Shown one piece after another: positions 20,244 through 30,775 of a stretch of 64,000 nucleotides of DNA; within the stretch, counting starts at the first letter, position 1; each line of letters starts with the position of its first letter. The translations under genes were made by a program, and so were the position numbers. The notes under the pieces are model-generated. The model had not been told where the DNA came from. It ran no database searches and was given only the letters and a program-made list of their open reading frames with translations. Source of the stretch: Alphaproteobacteria bacterium (GTDB taxonomy: Bacteria; Pseudomonadota; Alphaproteobacteria; UBA7887); assembly GCA_965216755.1 (NCBI GenBank), contig CBDCGL010000011.1, positions 1,664,001 to 1,728,000 on the forward strand, given 5' to 3'.

Positions 20244-21218
20244 CTAATTCAGAGAGTCCCGCAATTTGCCCATCAGTTCTCGCCGCTCTCGCCGCGCGGC
20301 CAAGGCTTGTTCCATGGTCACATCGACAAATCGCGCTTCCGTGTGGGGTTGCAGCTGGCCAATCAAATCCATGTCGGCAGAGATGACCGTGCCAAGCATG
20401 AAATAGCCGCCACCGGATACAGCGTCACGGTGCAAGACAATCGGTTCCGAACCGCCGGGAACCTGGATCGAACCATAGGGATAGCAGCCGTCGACAATAT
20501 TGGAAGGGTCCGAGCCGGCACCAAATGGCTGTTCACGATCAACAAATTCCATGGCGTGGCCACCGCGAAAACGATAGCCAATCCGATCAGCTTCGGGCGC
20601 CACTTTCCACGTGTCGCCAAAGAAGTTTTGTAGCGACCCTGGCGTTAAGCGATGGCTGTAAATTCCGGTCAGCACGCGCAGTTCGGCCGGTGCACCCGGC
20701 ATACGGCGCAGCGCTTCTGCTACCTGGCGTCCCGGCGCAGCCGCCACGTTTGTGGTGCCGACGGGCAGAGTGTCGTCAGCCGCCAGGGGACGCCCCTGGT
20801 GGCCGCCAAGGGCCCCAAGCGCGTAGGTCGAGCGACTACCCAGAACAACTGGCACATCGATGCCGCCAGAAACAGCGACATAGGCGCGCGCACCGCTTTT
20901 CAGAAACTCGAACGACAAGGTCTGGCCAGCCTTGACCGCGAACGACGTCCACGTGGCGCCGGTCTCACCGTCAACTTTGGGCTGCAAATCAGCACCGGTG
21001 ACAGCAACGATCGCGTCAGACGTAAACGTCAGCTCGGGCCCCAGAAAAACGACTTCTAGAGCCGCGGCGCCCTCGTCATTGCCAACCAGCAAGTTGGCCG
21101 CGCGCAAGGCGAACCGGTCCATGGCGCCGGAAATCGGGATGCCGAGATGGTAATAGCCCGGCCGCCCCAAATCCTGGACCGTGGTCGCAAGCCCGGGCGA
21201 GATGACTTTAATGGCCAT
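20244..21218 (-). CDS. Carboxyltransferase/allophanate hydrolase subunit 2-like (AHS2/PxpC/KipA family)
   Basis: TTVQDLGRPG, SGAMDRFA, DRIGYRF and GSIQVP motifs. Confidence 0.88.
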   Translation of the reverse strand: MAIKVISPGLATTVQDLGRPGYYHLGIPISGAMDRFALRAANLLVGNDEGAAALEVVFLGPELTFTSDAIVAVTGADLQPKVDGETGATWTSFAVKAGQTLSFEFLKSGARAYVAVSGGIDVPVVLGSRSTYALGALGGHQGRPLAADDTLPVGTTNVAAAPGRQVAEALRRMPGAPAELRVLTGIYSHRLTPGSLQNFFGDTWKVAPEADRIGYRFRGGHAMEFVDREQPFGAGSDPSNIVDGCYPYGSIQVPGGSEPIVLHRDAVSGGGYFMLGTVISADMDLIGQLQPHTEARFVDVTMEQALAARRERRELMGKLRDSLN

Positions 21219-22083
21219 TGAGCACCTCCAGCAGCTTTTGGTTGTAGCCGTCAATGTCCTGATTGAATTCGTCCAACGAAAACGTCACGGGCTTGATCAC
21301 TGGCTCAAATCGACCCGCCTCGACATCGGCAACCGCTTGGTCGTAGCCCGCACGATCGATCGGCTGGAACTTGACGATGTCACCGGGCGTGAAGAACACC
21401 ATGAAATCCCTGAGGTAGCTAATCTCTTGGTTCGGGTCGAAAATCGGCATTGGCGTAATGCCGAACATCTGATAGCCGCCGGCGCCACGGACCGAATAGA
21501 TGCAAGAAAAGCAGCCGCCATAGCCAACCGTGAGTTTCGGCGTATCCGTGCGCGGCCGGAGGTATTTGGGCACTTCGATTTGGCGCGCCCTTTCAACCAT
21601 CTGATACATGAATGGCAGCCCGGCAACGAATCCGACCATGGAAACGAACCATGGCGAGCCAGAATGCGCCGCAATAAACTTGTCGACCGAGTCATAGCCA
21701 TTGATACGGGCGGCGAACTCAAGGTCGGTGCTGTTGGGGTCCTGGTGCCGTTCGCGAAAACGCATGAGCGTCTCTTGTGTCCAAGGGTCGCGGTAAAACA
21801 CGGGAATTTCGATGATCCGTGTTTCCAGGCGGTGATCGGCGTGTTCCGCCTGTTCTTCTATCGCCTTCAGCTCGCCAAGCATGTCGTCCGGGCTAATTAC
21901 GTCCGGATCAAACTTGACCTGAAACGAGGCGTTGGACGGGCACACTTCCGTCACGCCGTTTATCTCGCTGGCACGAACAGCATTGGTAATCGAGAGACTC
22001 TTGAAAAAGGCTTCGAGCGACATTTCTTCGTCGATTTCGACAAAGACATGCTCGTCGCCACCAAAGGAATAGCGTGTTTTCAT
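21208..22083 (-). CDS. Allophanate hydrolase subunit 1-like (AHS1/PxpB/KipI family)
   Basis: MVGFVAGLP, PRTDTP and GGYQMFGITP motifs. Confidence 0.88.
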   Translation of the reverse strand: MKTRYSFGGDEHVFVEIDEEMSLEAFFKSLSITNAVRASEINGVTEVCPSNASFQVKFDPDVISPDDMLGELKAIEEQAEHADHRLETRIIEIPVFYRDPWTQETLMRFRERHQDPNSTDLEFAARINGYDSVDKFIAAHSGSPWFVSMVGFVAGLPFMYQMVERARQIEVPKYLRPRTDTPKLTVGYGGCFSCIYSVRGAGGYQMFGITPMPIFDPNQEISYLRDFMVFFTPGDIVKFQPIDRAGYDQAVADVEAGRFEPVIKPVTFSLDEFNQDIDGYNQKLLEVLNGH

Positions 22084-23466
22084 CTAGGTTCCGCCGCCTC
22101 CATCTTTCAATTGGGCTGCATTATCTTCGAGCCAATGTTCCAACCACTTCGTATGGACCTGCCCGGCACAAATGTCGTTGTCTCGCACCAAAGCTTGATA
22201 GAGCGGTTGCGTTGTCTTGATCCCCCTTACTTCGAGCTCGCTCAGGGCACGTGCCATGCGATCGATCGCCGCGGGTCGGTGTTCGTCCCAGACAATTAAT
22301 TTGCCAAGCAAGGAATCATAGAATGGTGGGATCGCGTATCCGGAATAGATCATGCCATCGAATCGCACCCCCGGACCATCCGGCGCGGAAAATTGATCAA
22401 TGACACCGGGGAATGGCATGAATCCGTTAGCCGGATCCTCCGCATTGATCCGCACTTCGATGGCATGGCCACGCACCGCCAAATCAGACTGATGCAGACC
22501 GAGAGGTTCGCCGACTGCGATCTTGAGCATGGCCCGAACCAGATCGACACCGGTGACCAGCTCGGTGACCGGGTGTTCGACCTGAATGCGGGTATTCATT
22601 TCGATGAAATAGAAATCGTGGCTGGCATCGTCGTAGAGGAATTCGACGGTGCCGGCGCCGCTATAGCGGACCGCCTCGGCCAGACGCACGGCAGCTGCGC
22701 ACAAGTTTTCGCGGATAGCGTCCGGCAGGCTGGGCGACGGCGCTTCTTCCCACAACTTCTGCCGCCGTCGCTGCAGCGAGCACTCGCGCTCGAACAAATG
22801 CACCGCACGTTCGCCATCACCCAGCACTTGCACTTCGATATGGCGCGCGCGTTCGATCACCTTTTCGACATAGAGACCACCGTCACCGAAGGCCGATTGG
22901 GCTTCCGCACGCGCCTGTGGGGCAAGTCGTGCAAATTCGTTGCCGTCGGTCGCCACCCGAATGCCGCGGCCGCCGCCACCGGCCGCCGCTTTGATCATGA
23001 CCGGAAAACCGATCTCGTCGGCCAGTGCCGCCGCGTCATCTAGATCATCGATCCGGCCGACGCTGCCGGGCACGGTCGGTACATCAGCAGAGGCCGCGGC
23101 CTCACGCGCTGAGACCTTGTCGCCCATCAAACGGATCGTATCGCCGGTCGGCCCAACAAAAACCAATCCGGCGTCGACCACTGCGTCGGCAAAATCCGCG
23201 TTTTCAGCAAAAAAACCGTAGCCCGGATGAACCGCATCGGCCCCTGTGGCGCGCGCTGCCTCCAAAATAGCGTCGGTATTTAAGTAGGACTTGGCGGCCT
23301 GTGGCGGCCCTATCGGGACCGCTTCATCGGCGCGTTTCACGGCCAACGACTCGGAATCGGCGGCACTGTAGACCTGCACCGTCCTGATCCCAAGTTCTTG
23401 CGCGGCGCGGATGATCCGCACCGCGATTTCGCCTCGATTGGCGACCAGCAGCTTGCGAATGGCCAT
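22084..23466 (-). CDS. Biotin carboxylase
   Basis: ANRGEIA, HPGYGF, GGGGRG, RECSLQRR, EMNTRIQVEHP and YDSLLGKL motifs. Confidence 0.95.
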   Translation of the reverse strand: MAIRKLLVANRGEIAVRIIRAAQELGIRTVQVYSAADSESLAVKRADEAVPIGPPQAAKSYLNTDAILEAARATGADAVHPGYGFFAENADFADAVVDAGLVFVGPTGDTIRLMGDKVSAREAAASADVPTVPGSVGRIDDLDDAAALADEIGFPVMIKAAAGGGGRGIRVATDGNEFARLAPQARAEAQSAFGDGGLYVEKVIERARHIEVQVLGDGERAVHLFERECSLQRRRQKLWEEAPSPSLPDAIRENLCAAAVRLAEAVRYSGAGTVEFLYDDASHDFYFIEMNTRIQVEHPVTELVTGVDLVRAMLKIAVGEPLGLHQSDLAVRGHAIEVRINAEDPANGFMPFPGVIDQFSAPDGPGVRFDGMIYSGYAIPPFYDSLLGKLIVWDEHRPAAIDRMARALSELEVRGIKTTQPLYQALVRDNDICAGQVHTKWLEHWLEDNAAQLKDGGGGT

Positions 23467-23494
23467 CGGCTTGGTGCGCCCCCAGGGCCGCCGC

Positions 23495-23737
23495 TTAACT
23501 TGCGACCTCTACCAAGGGCTGTCCCGCAACGACCGCGTCTTCATTGTCGACCAGGAACTTCGCAACCGTCCCTGCACAATCCGCCTTAACCTCGTGAAAT
23601 GATTTCATCACTTCGACCAAACCGATGATGTCGCCCTCGGACACAGCGTCCCCGTCTGACTTGTATGGCGGATCGTCTGGCTGCGGCCGCCGATAGAAGG
23701 TTCCCGGTAACGGCGAAAGGATCTGTTGCGTGGCCAT
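23495..23737 (-). CDS. Stand-alone biotin carboxyl carrier protein
   Basis: 80 aa; SPLPGTFY and EVMKS biotinylation motif. Confidence 0.92.
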   Translation of the reverse strand: MATQQILSPLPGTFYRRPQPDDPPYKSDGDAVSEGDIIGLVEVMKSFHEVKADCAGTVAKFLVDNEDAVVAGQPLVEVAS

Positions 23738-23902
23738 GGTGAGTCCCCATACTCGAATGCGATGCGGCGCGGACGCGAAGTGTCTGACGCAAAACCGAAT
23801 GCAGCTGACGTGCCGCCATCTTACAGATGGAGACCAGTCCGTCTAGATCGGCCGTAGATCGCTGGTCGCCGTGCGGACGACGCCACGCCGCGTCGCAACG
23901 CG

Positions 23903-24398
23903 TCAGTGGTCGCGCCCCCTCCGCAGCCGAAGAAAAGCCCGAAAAACGGTCGGCGGCAAAATGCGCGTGGCACGTAACGCAGGCCTCGACCATGCGGCCA
24001 TAGTAAAACACCACCAGTTCGTCGTCGCCGACTTCGGCGGCGTGCGCAAGCTTGCCCGCGGCACCGTGAAACTTTCGATCCAGCGCAATAAACTCGGCCG
24101 GCACGGCGCCCTTCAAATCTTGTTTGTCTTGGTCAGTCAGTGACTGCTTGAGAATAAAGCTGTCGCGTATCTTGGTACCCAGTTCCTTCACATGCGCCCG
24201 CTCGCCAGCCGCGATGGCCACAGACAAATCGGCGGTCGCTTGCGAGACTTGCTGCATTTCCGTTGCCAACAGTTCTTTCAGTCGCGGTGTCAATTTTGGC
24301 CCCACAGGCTCGGCGGCCCCAGCGTAACTCACCGCCCCAATCGTAAGTACTCCAGCAACGGAAATGGTACCTACTGCCCAATTGGCTGCTCTTGTCAT
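23903..24398 (-). CDS. Class II cytochrome c (cytochrome c'-like); probable +1 frameshift just before its stop
   Basis: Signal peptide, helical body, C-terminal CVTCH, GGAGG RBS. As read, the ORF runs on into the BCCP gene; removing one base from the run at 23915-23919 ends it ..EGRDH-TGA at 23903. Confidence 0.75.
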
Positions 24399-24554
24399 TT
24401 GTTCCTCCCGAGAATCCTGTTGGCCCAACTGGTCCACCGTCGGCAGTCTAACCCAGATATCTCACGAGGAGGTTGATCGTGAGCGGGACCTGTTCGTTGA
24501 TCAGGCAGACAACAAGCGGATATTTTGAGGGCGAGCAGCGCTGTGGCGCCATTG

Positions 24555-24963
24555 GGCGCGGTCATCACGGAATGTGGTACGAGCCGCTTTCCTGCGGCTG
24601 ACGCCGGCAATCCTTGCCACTTTCATTAGACGCTCGACCCGCTTGCGTCCCACCTGGATCCCCTCATCGGCAAGTTCAGCGTGGATACGCGGGGCTCCAT
24701 AGGTCTCTTTGGAAACCTGATGGATTGCCTTGATACGAACGGTCAGTTCCGCATCAGCAACAGCCCGGTCGCACGGATCACGACCAAGATGGGCATAGAA
24801 CCCACGGCTCAAACCCGCGGGCAAGGCTGTCAGCACTGTGCCCCGTTCGGGCCAACGCAATTATCTGCTCGCTAAATTCCGCAGGGTACGGGTTCCTTGT
24901 TCTTGGCATTCGCACACTTTCTCCTATCGGTCAAAATGTGTCCATCAAACCGGGGGAACTTTA
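24555..24963 (-). mobile_element. IS3-family remnant, internally deleted and truncated
   Basis: Left-end-like TAAAGTTCCCCCGGTTTGATGGACAC; orfA start MPRTRNPYPAEF (ATG 24909) joined to an orfB piece TYGAPRIHAEL..GRKRVERLM; no DDE domain. Lower boundary approximate. Confidence 0.8.
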
Positions 24964-25080
24964 ACTGCATGCCTTCTAGCCTGAGTCCACCGACAAAGGT
25001 GGTTGTCTTCCAATGACTATGAGGTACTGTCGCGCGGGTTCGAGAATCCGCTGGCCAATGACCGTAAAAGGCCGTGCGAT
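24964..25080 (-). mobile_element. IS630-family transposase fragment
   Basis: Translates to ATVPHSHWKTTTFVGGLRLEGM, matching the IS630 PHGHWKTTTFVAGLR motif; cut by the IS3 end. Upper boundary approximate. Confidence 0.7.
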
Positions 25081-25111
25081 CCGGCGCTTGTGCGGCCAAC
25101 ATCACCCAAAT

Positions 25112-25125
25112 TTGACCTTCGTTAA
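25112..25125 (+). promoter_or_regulatory. Putative FNR/NnrR/DNR-type binding box upstream of nosR
   Basis: TTGAC-CTTC-GTTAA, one mismatch from TTGAC-N4-GTCAA, about 90 bp before the nosR start. Confidence 0.6.
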
Positions 25126-25215
25126 GGCGGAGTCGACCACCGCGCGCTACAGAGAATCATCATACATCGCATTGCCGCGCTCAAAAGTTTGCAACGGTAG
25201 ACCTGGACCCCGCCA

Positions 25216-27489
25216 ATGCTCGAGAACACTCAGAGGCGGCAATTTCGGCCGACACGAAAAGCTTCTAGCGGGTGGCGGTTCATTTGCCCGCTGGCGATTT
25301 GCTTTTTGCTCTTGGCATGGCCGGCCCTTGCAGCGCCGCGTTTGGGCGAATTGATCGCGGACGTGCCCCCTGAGTCGCTGGTGCCAGGCGCCGATCATTT
25401 TGGCGAGGTGGTTGGCAATCCGCCATACGTTGAAGCCTATGCCGGCGGCGAACGAGTGGGATATGCCTTTTTGAATACCGATATCGTCGGTGCGATCGGC
25501 TATTCGGGCAAACCGATCCATATCCTCATTGGTCTCGACATGGCTGGCGTCGTCAGCGGCGCGTTGTTGACCGAACATCATGAGCCGATTGTGCTGATCG
25601 GTATTCCTGAACAGCGGATGACTGATTTCATCGCGCGCTATGTGGGTCGCAGCGCGGCAGCCATATCCAAGGAAGGCACCTCAGGCGAGCGGCTTGTTGA
25701 AGGCATTAGTGGCGCCACGGTGACCGTCATGGTCATCGACGACAGCATCACCAATGCCGCCGTGAAAATGGCACGCGTACTTGGCTTAGCCGGTTTTGAG
25801 CCGGTCGTCGCGACGGCTCCCCACCCCGGCACGATCAATAGGGTGATTGACACCAATCCACGCGCGCCGATCGATTGGTTCACATTGGTCGGCGATGGAT
25901 CCGTGCGACGCCTGCGACTGAGTATCGACGACGTCAACAAAGCCTTCGCGCGCGCCGGCAATGAACACGCCGCGCAACGACCGGAAAAAGGCGACCCGGA
26001 CGAAACCTTTATTGACCTTTATGTCAGCCTCGCCTCAGTTCCGGCAATCGGCCGCAGCCTGTTGGGCGACGCTGAACATCGCCTCTTATCCGAACGACTA
26101 GCGCAGGACCAACACGCCATCGTCGTTGCCGGCATCGGCCGATATTCGTTCAAGGGATCGGGTTACGTGCGTGGCGGCATCTTCGATCGGATTCAACTGA
26201 TCCAAGGCGACAACAGCGTTCGATTTCGGGATCGCGATCATAAGCGTCTGGGCGCAATTGAAGCCGAGCTTGCTCCAGATCTCGATGAGATTGCTTTGTT
26301 CGTGTTACCAGAAAACGTCGCATTTGATCCCACCAGACCGTGGCGGCTTGAGCTATTGGCCCAACGCGCGGTCAGCGCACTCGACAAAGCCTTCATGACA
26401 TTCGACGTCACCTATCGATTGCCGGATACCCATCTGTTGCCGGCCCCAGCACCAACTCCCGTGGCAGCAATGACCGCGATGTCGGAACCCGGTACCACGA
26501 CCGCTGCCGAAACGGCATCCGCCGAACCCTTGTGGATGCGAATCTGGCGCGCCAAGATCGTTGACGTGGGCATCTTGTCGGTTGCGGTTAGCCTGCTGAC
26601 GGTGATCTTTTTTTTCCAAGATTGGTTGGCCCGGCGGCCGGTGTTGTTTGGCCGCGTGCGTATTGCCTTTCTTCTTTTCGCATTGTTTTGGTTGGGCTGG
26701 TATGCCAACGCCCAACTGTCGGTGGTCAATGTCTTGACCTTTACCAGCGCACTGATGAGCGAGTTCCACTGGGAGTACTTCTTGATGGATCCGCTGGTCT
26801 TTGTGCTCTGGTCGGCCATTGCCGCATCGCTGTTGTTTTGGGGACGAGGCCCATTTTGCGGCTGGCTGTGCCCGTTTGGCGCGCTGCAAGAACTGACCAA
26901 CAAACTCGCCAAACTGGCGCGCGTACCACAGGTCGCGGTGCCGTGGGGATTGCATGAGCGGCTGTGGCCAGTCAAGTACATGCTGTTCCTGGGGCTTTTC
27001 GGCATATCAATCTATTCCCTCGCGCTTGGCGAGCAACTTGCGGAAATCGAACCCTTCAAAACAGCCATCATTCTCAAATTTTTGCGCGAATGGCCATTCG
27101 TCATTTATGCTGTTCTACTTATTGTTATTGGACTATTCGTAGAGCGTGCCTTCTGTCGATATTTGTGCCCGCTCGGCGCCGCGTTGGCCATACCTGGCCG
27201 CCTCAGGATGTTCGAATGGCTTAAGCGACATCGCGATTGCGGCGCACCCTGTCGGACATGTGCCAATGAATGCATGGTCCAGTCGATTCATCCAAATGGC
27301 GTCATCAACCCGAACGAATGTCTGTACTGCATGCATTGTCAGACGCTCTATCACGATGAATTCATTTGTCCACCAATGATCAAGCGGCGCGTACGGCGAC
27401 AGCGGCGCCTGGGCACCCCTCAGCCAGATTCAGTTCGCGGACGAAAAGTTACGCCACTCAATCCGAAACGTCTTCCGGGTGCTGCATAG
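25216..27489 (+). CDS. nosR: NosR membrane flavo-Fe-S protein
   Basis: GYSGKPI, ISGATVT (FMN site), CGWLCP, CRYLCP and C-terminal Fe-S Cys clusters. Confidence 0.96.
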   Translation: MLENTQRRQFRPTRKASSGWRFICPLAICFLLLAWPALAAPRLGELIADVPPESLVPGADHFGEVVGNPPYVEAYAGGERVGYAFLNTDIVGAIGYSGKPIHILIGLDMAGVVSGALLTEHHEPIVLIGIPEQRMTDFIARYVGRSAAAISKEGTSGERLVEGISGATVTVMVIDDSITNAAVKMARVLGLAGFEPVVATAPHPGTINRVIDTNPRAPIDWFTLVGDGSVRRLRLSIDDVNKAFARAGNEHAAQRPEKGDPDETFIDLYVSLASVPAIGRSLLGDAEHRLLSERLAQDQHAIVVAGIGRYSFKGSGYVRGGIFDRIQLIQGDNSVRFRDRDHKRLGAIEAELAPDLDEIALFVLPENVAFDPTRPWRLELLAQRAVSALDKAFMTFDVTYRLPDTHLLPAPAPTPVAAMTAMSEPGTTTAAETASAEPLWMRIWRAKIVDVGILSVAVSLLTVIFFFQDWLARRPVLFGRVRIAFLLFALFWLGWYANAQLSVVNVLTFTSALMSEFHWEYFLMDPLVFVLWSAIAASLLFWGRGPFCGWLCPFGALQELTNKLAKLARVPQVAVPWGLHERLWPVKYMLFLGLFGISIYSLALGEQLAEIEPFKTAIILKFLREWPFVIYAVLLIVIGLFVERAFCRYLCPLGAALAIPGRLRMFEWLKRHRDCGAPCRTCANECMVQSIHPNGVINPNECLYCMHCQTLYHDEFICPPMIKRRVRRQRRLGTPQPDSVRGRKVTPLNPKRLPGAA

Positions 27490-27556
27490 ATTTGTTTATT
27501 GAGCCATTCGGCGACAGGTCAATCCGGCCGAAACGTGTAAAAAGGAGGAAGCCAAT

Positions 27557-29494
27557 ATGCTAAAGGCAATTCGGGACAGTGTGCTCCCCGCGATAAGCCG
27601 ACGAGACTTGCTCGGGGGTACCGCCAAGATCGCGACCATGGCTGGGCTCGGCGGCGCCACCGCCGCCGGGGTGGCCGGATTGATGGGCAGTGCCAGCAGT
27701 CAATCGAAAAGCGCCCATGCGGCCGACAATGACGCCTATATCGGCCCGGGTGATCTCGACGAATATTACGGCTTCTGGAGCAGTGGGCAGAGCGGCGAAG
27801 TGCGCATAATTGGCGTACCGTCGATGCGGGAGCTGATGCGCATTCCGGTCTTCAACCGCTGCAGCGCCACAGGGTGGGGCCAGACCAATGAGAGCCTACG
27901 AATCCTGACCGAGGGATTGTTACCGGAAACCAAGGAATTCTTGTCGACGCGGGGCCGCACCTTTCTCAATGGCGACGCGCATCATCCGCATATGTCGTTT
28001 ACCGATGGTACCTATGACGGGCGCTATCTATGGATCAATGACAAAGCCAATACCCGTGTCGCGCGTATTCGCTGCGATATTATGAAAGTCGACAAGATCA
28101 TTGAGATTCCCAACGCCGCCGACATCCACGGGCTGCGACCACAGAAGTATCCGCGCACCGGTTATGTGTTCGCCAATGGCGAACATCGGGTACCGATCCC
28201 CAACGACGGCAGCATCCTGGACGAACCGGACAAGTATCATGCCATCTTCACTGCCGTCGACGGCGATTCGATGGACGTAGCTTGGCAAGTGATCGTCGAC
28301 GGCAATCTTGACAATGTCGACGCGGACTACCAGGGCAAGTACGCAGTCTCGTCCTGCTATAATGGTGAAGAAGGTGTAAACCTGGCGGAAATGACCGCAA
28401 ACGAGCAAGATTGGGCGGTGGTTTTCAACATTGAGCGCATCGAAGCCGCTGTTGCTGCCGGTGACTATCAGGAAATCTCGGGTGTGCCGGTGCTCGACGG
28501 GCGCAAAGGCTCGCCCTATACACGCTATATCCCGGTTTCGAACAGTCCGCACGGCGTCAATACCTCGCCCGACGGCCAATACATCATGATCAACGGCAAA
28601 CTCTCGCCGACGGTCTCGGTGATTGACGTGACGCGCCTGGAAGATCTGTTTGATGACAAGATTGCGCCACGCGATGTCATCGTTGCAGAACCGGAGCTCG
28701 GTTTGGGCCCGCTTCACACCGCTTTCGACGGCGAGGGCAACGCCTTCACCACCCTGTTTCTTGATAGCCAGGTGTGCAAATGGAATGTTGCCGACGCGGT
28801 GCGTGCGTACGCCGGCGAGGATGTCGACCCGATAATTGAAAAAGTCGACGTGCAATATCAACCAGGCCACAATCATACCTCGATGGGTGAAACCAAAGAC
28901 GCAGACGGTCGCTGGTTGGTATCGCTCAACAAATTCTCAAAAGACCGGTTTCTCAATGTTGGTCCGCTCAAGCCGGAGAATGAGCAACTCATCGACATTG
29001 CGGGGGACAGCATGGCGGTGGTCCACGACGGCCCGACCTTTGGCGAACCGCACGATTGCATTATCGTGCATCGCTCCGTCGTCAACCCAAATCGCGTTTG
29101 GGACCGAAACGACGATTATTGGCGCGAAGCAAGCGCCTGGGCGGCGCAAGATGGCATCGATCTGGAGACGGCGGAACACGTCGTACGTGACGGTGACAAA
29201 GTGCGCGTTTACATGAACTCCATTGCGCCCAGCTTCAGCTTGGAATCGTTCACAGTGCGCCAAGGCGACGAGGTCACGGTGATTATCACCAACATGGATG
29301 ATATCGACGATCTGACCCACGGTTTCACGCTGGCCAATTATGGGGTTTGCTTCGAGATCGCGCCACAGGCCACCGCGTCGGTCACCTTCGTTGCCGATCG
29401 GCCAGGCGTGCACTGGTTCTATTGCCAGTGGTTCTGCCATGCTTTGCACATGGAGATGCGCGGCCGAATGATGGTTGAACCGCGGAGTGCGTAG
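27557..29494 (+). CDS. nosZ: Nitrous oxide reductase, clade I (Tat-exported)
   Basis: SRRDLL Tat motif; CuZ motifs DAHH, IHG, PHG, GPLH, QPGH, EPHD; Cu[17 protein letters not shown]. Confidence 0.98.
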   Translation: MLKAIRDSVLPAISRRDLLGGTAKIATMAGLGGATAAGVAGLMGSASSQSKSAHAADNDAYIGPGDLDEYYGFWSSGQSGEVRIIGVPSMRELMRIPVFNRCSATGWGQTNESLRILTEGLLPETKEFLSTRGRTFLNGDAHHPHMSFTDGTYDGRYLWINDKANTRVARIRCDIMKVDKIIEIPNAADIHGLRPQKYPRTGYVFANGEHRVPIPNDGSILDEPDKYHAIFTAVDGDSMDVAWQVIVDGNLDNVDADYQGKYAVSSCYNGEEGVNLAEMTANEQDWAVVFNIERIEAAVAAGDYQEISGVPVLDGRKGSPYTRYIPVSNSPHGVNTSPDGQYIMINGKLSPTVSVIDVTRLEDLFDDKIAPRDVIVAEPELGLGPLHTAFDGEGNAFTTLFLDSQVCKWNVADAVRAYAGEDVDPIIEKVDVQYQPGHNHTSMGETKDADGRWLVSLNKFSKDRFLNVGPLKPENEQLIDIAGDSMAVVHDGPTFGEPHDCIIVHRSVVNPNRVWDRNDDYWREASAWAAQDGIDLETAEHVVRDGDKVRVYMNSIAPSFSLESFTVRQGDEVTVIITNMDDIDDLTHGFTLANYGVCFEIAPQATASVTFVADRPGVHWFYCQWFCHALHMEMRGRMMVEPRSA

Positions 29495-29497
29495 CTG

Positions 29498-30775
29498 ATG
29501 CGTCGTCGCGGGTGTCAGGTGAGAAACGGGCTGCACGCGACTGTCGTCCTCATTGGCCTGATGATCGCCCCATCCGCGATGGCCGCAGACAATCTGGTGA
29601 CCGGCGGCCGCGATGCCTTGCGCAGCGCGGTCGCCGCCGCCGACGCGGGTGACAAAATCACCGTCGCCGCCGGGTCGTACAACGGTCCGATTGTGATCGA
29701 CAAGCCGCTGACTATTGTCGGACGCGCAGGCGCCATCGTCGATGGTGGCGGCAAGGGTCGCGTTCTTACGGTTTCCGCGCCCGATGTTATCCTGCGCGAG
29801 CTAACGATTCGGCATTCGGGTGGCGACTTGTTTGAAATGGATTCGGGGATTTTCGTCGATGTCGATGGCGACAGGGCGTTGATTGAAGCCAACAAACTGG
29901 AAGGAAATCTTTTCGGTATTTATCTTCAAGGCCCCGAAGACGCGGTCGTCCGCAACAATCACGTGGTCGGAAGGGATGACCTCCGCATGAGTGAACGCGG
30001 AAATGGCGTCTCCGTGTGGAACAGTCCAGGGTCACAGGTGCTTGGCAATCACTTTGAACAGGGCCGTGACGGCATATTCGTCAATACCAGCCGCGAAAAC
30101 AGCTTTCGTGACAACCACTTTGAGAACTTGCGTTTTGCAATTCATTACATGTACGCCGACGATAGCGAAGTGGCGCGAAACGTCTCGATCGGCAATCACG
30201 TCGGTTTCGCGTTGATGTTTTCAACCGGCCTCACAGTTCACAACAACATTTCTGTGGATGATCGCGATCGGGGCCTGCTGCTGAACTACGCCAACGAATC
30301 CGAGATCGTCGGGAACGCCGTCCGAGCTGGCCCTGAAAAATGTGTGTTCATCTACAATTCCTCAAAAAACGTTTTCAAACGCAATTACTTCGAAGGATGC
30401 GAAATTGGCGTCCATTTCACGGCGGGCTCGGAACGCAATTCCGTGACCGAAAACGCATTTATTGGCAATCGTACGCAAGTTAAATATGTCGGCACGCAAT
30501 GGTTGGAATGGTCCGTGGACGGCCGCGGCAATTATTGGAGCGATCATCCCGGATTTGACCTGGATGGTGACAGGATAGCCGAGGCGCCATATCGGCCCAA
30601 CGGCGTCGTTGATCGGTTGTTGTGGTCCCATCCGCTGGCAAAGACCCTGGTTACAAGTCCGGCGCTACAGTTCTTGCGCTGGATCCAGGCCCAATTTCCG
30701 GGCCTCCACCCGGGCGGCGTGGTCGACAGTGCGCCATTGATGTTACCTCCGGTCGCGGCGGGAGGTCCCGGATGA
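29498..30775 (+). CDS. nosD: NosD periplasmic maturation protein
   Basis: Beta-helix repeats; RGNG, GRDGI, IHYMY and GRGNYWSD motifs. Confidence 0.96.
   Translation: MRRRGCQVRNGLHATVVLIGLMIAPSAMAADNLVTGGRDALRSAVAAADAGDKITVAAGSYNGPIVIDKPLTIVGRAGAIVDGGGKGRVLTVSAPDVILRELTIRHSGGDLFEMDSGIFVDVDGDRALIEANKLEGNLFGIYLQGPEDAVVRNNHVVGRDDLRMSERGNGVSVWNSPGSQVLGNHFEQGRDGIFVNTSRENSFRDNHFENLRFAIHYMYADDSEVARNVSIGNHVGFALMFSTGLTVHNNISVDDRDRGLLLNYANESEIVGNAVRAGPEKCVFIYNSSKNVFKRNYFEGCEIGVHFTAGSERNSVTENAFIGNRTQVKYVGTQWLEWSVDGRGNYWSDHPGFDLDGDRIAEAPYRPNGVVDRLLWSHPLAKTLVTSPALQFLRWIQAQFPGLHPGGVVDSAPLMLPPVAAGGPG

Noticed and set aside
23738-23902. Remnant of pxpA/lamB (an HGD tripeptide) upstream of BCCP
   Set aside because: The surrounding residues do not resemble the PxpA C-terminus
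23700-25200. att duplicate of the tRNA-Glu 3' end at the far island edge
   Set aside because: No copy of TGGCGTCCCCAACGGG seen by eye
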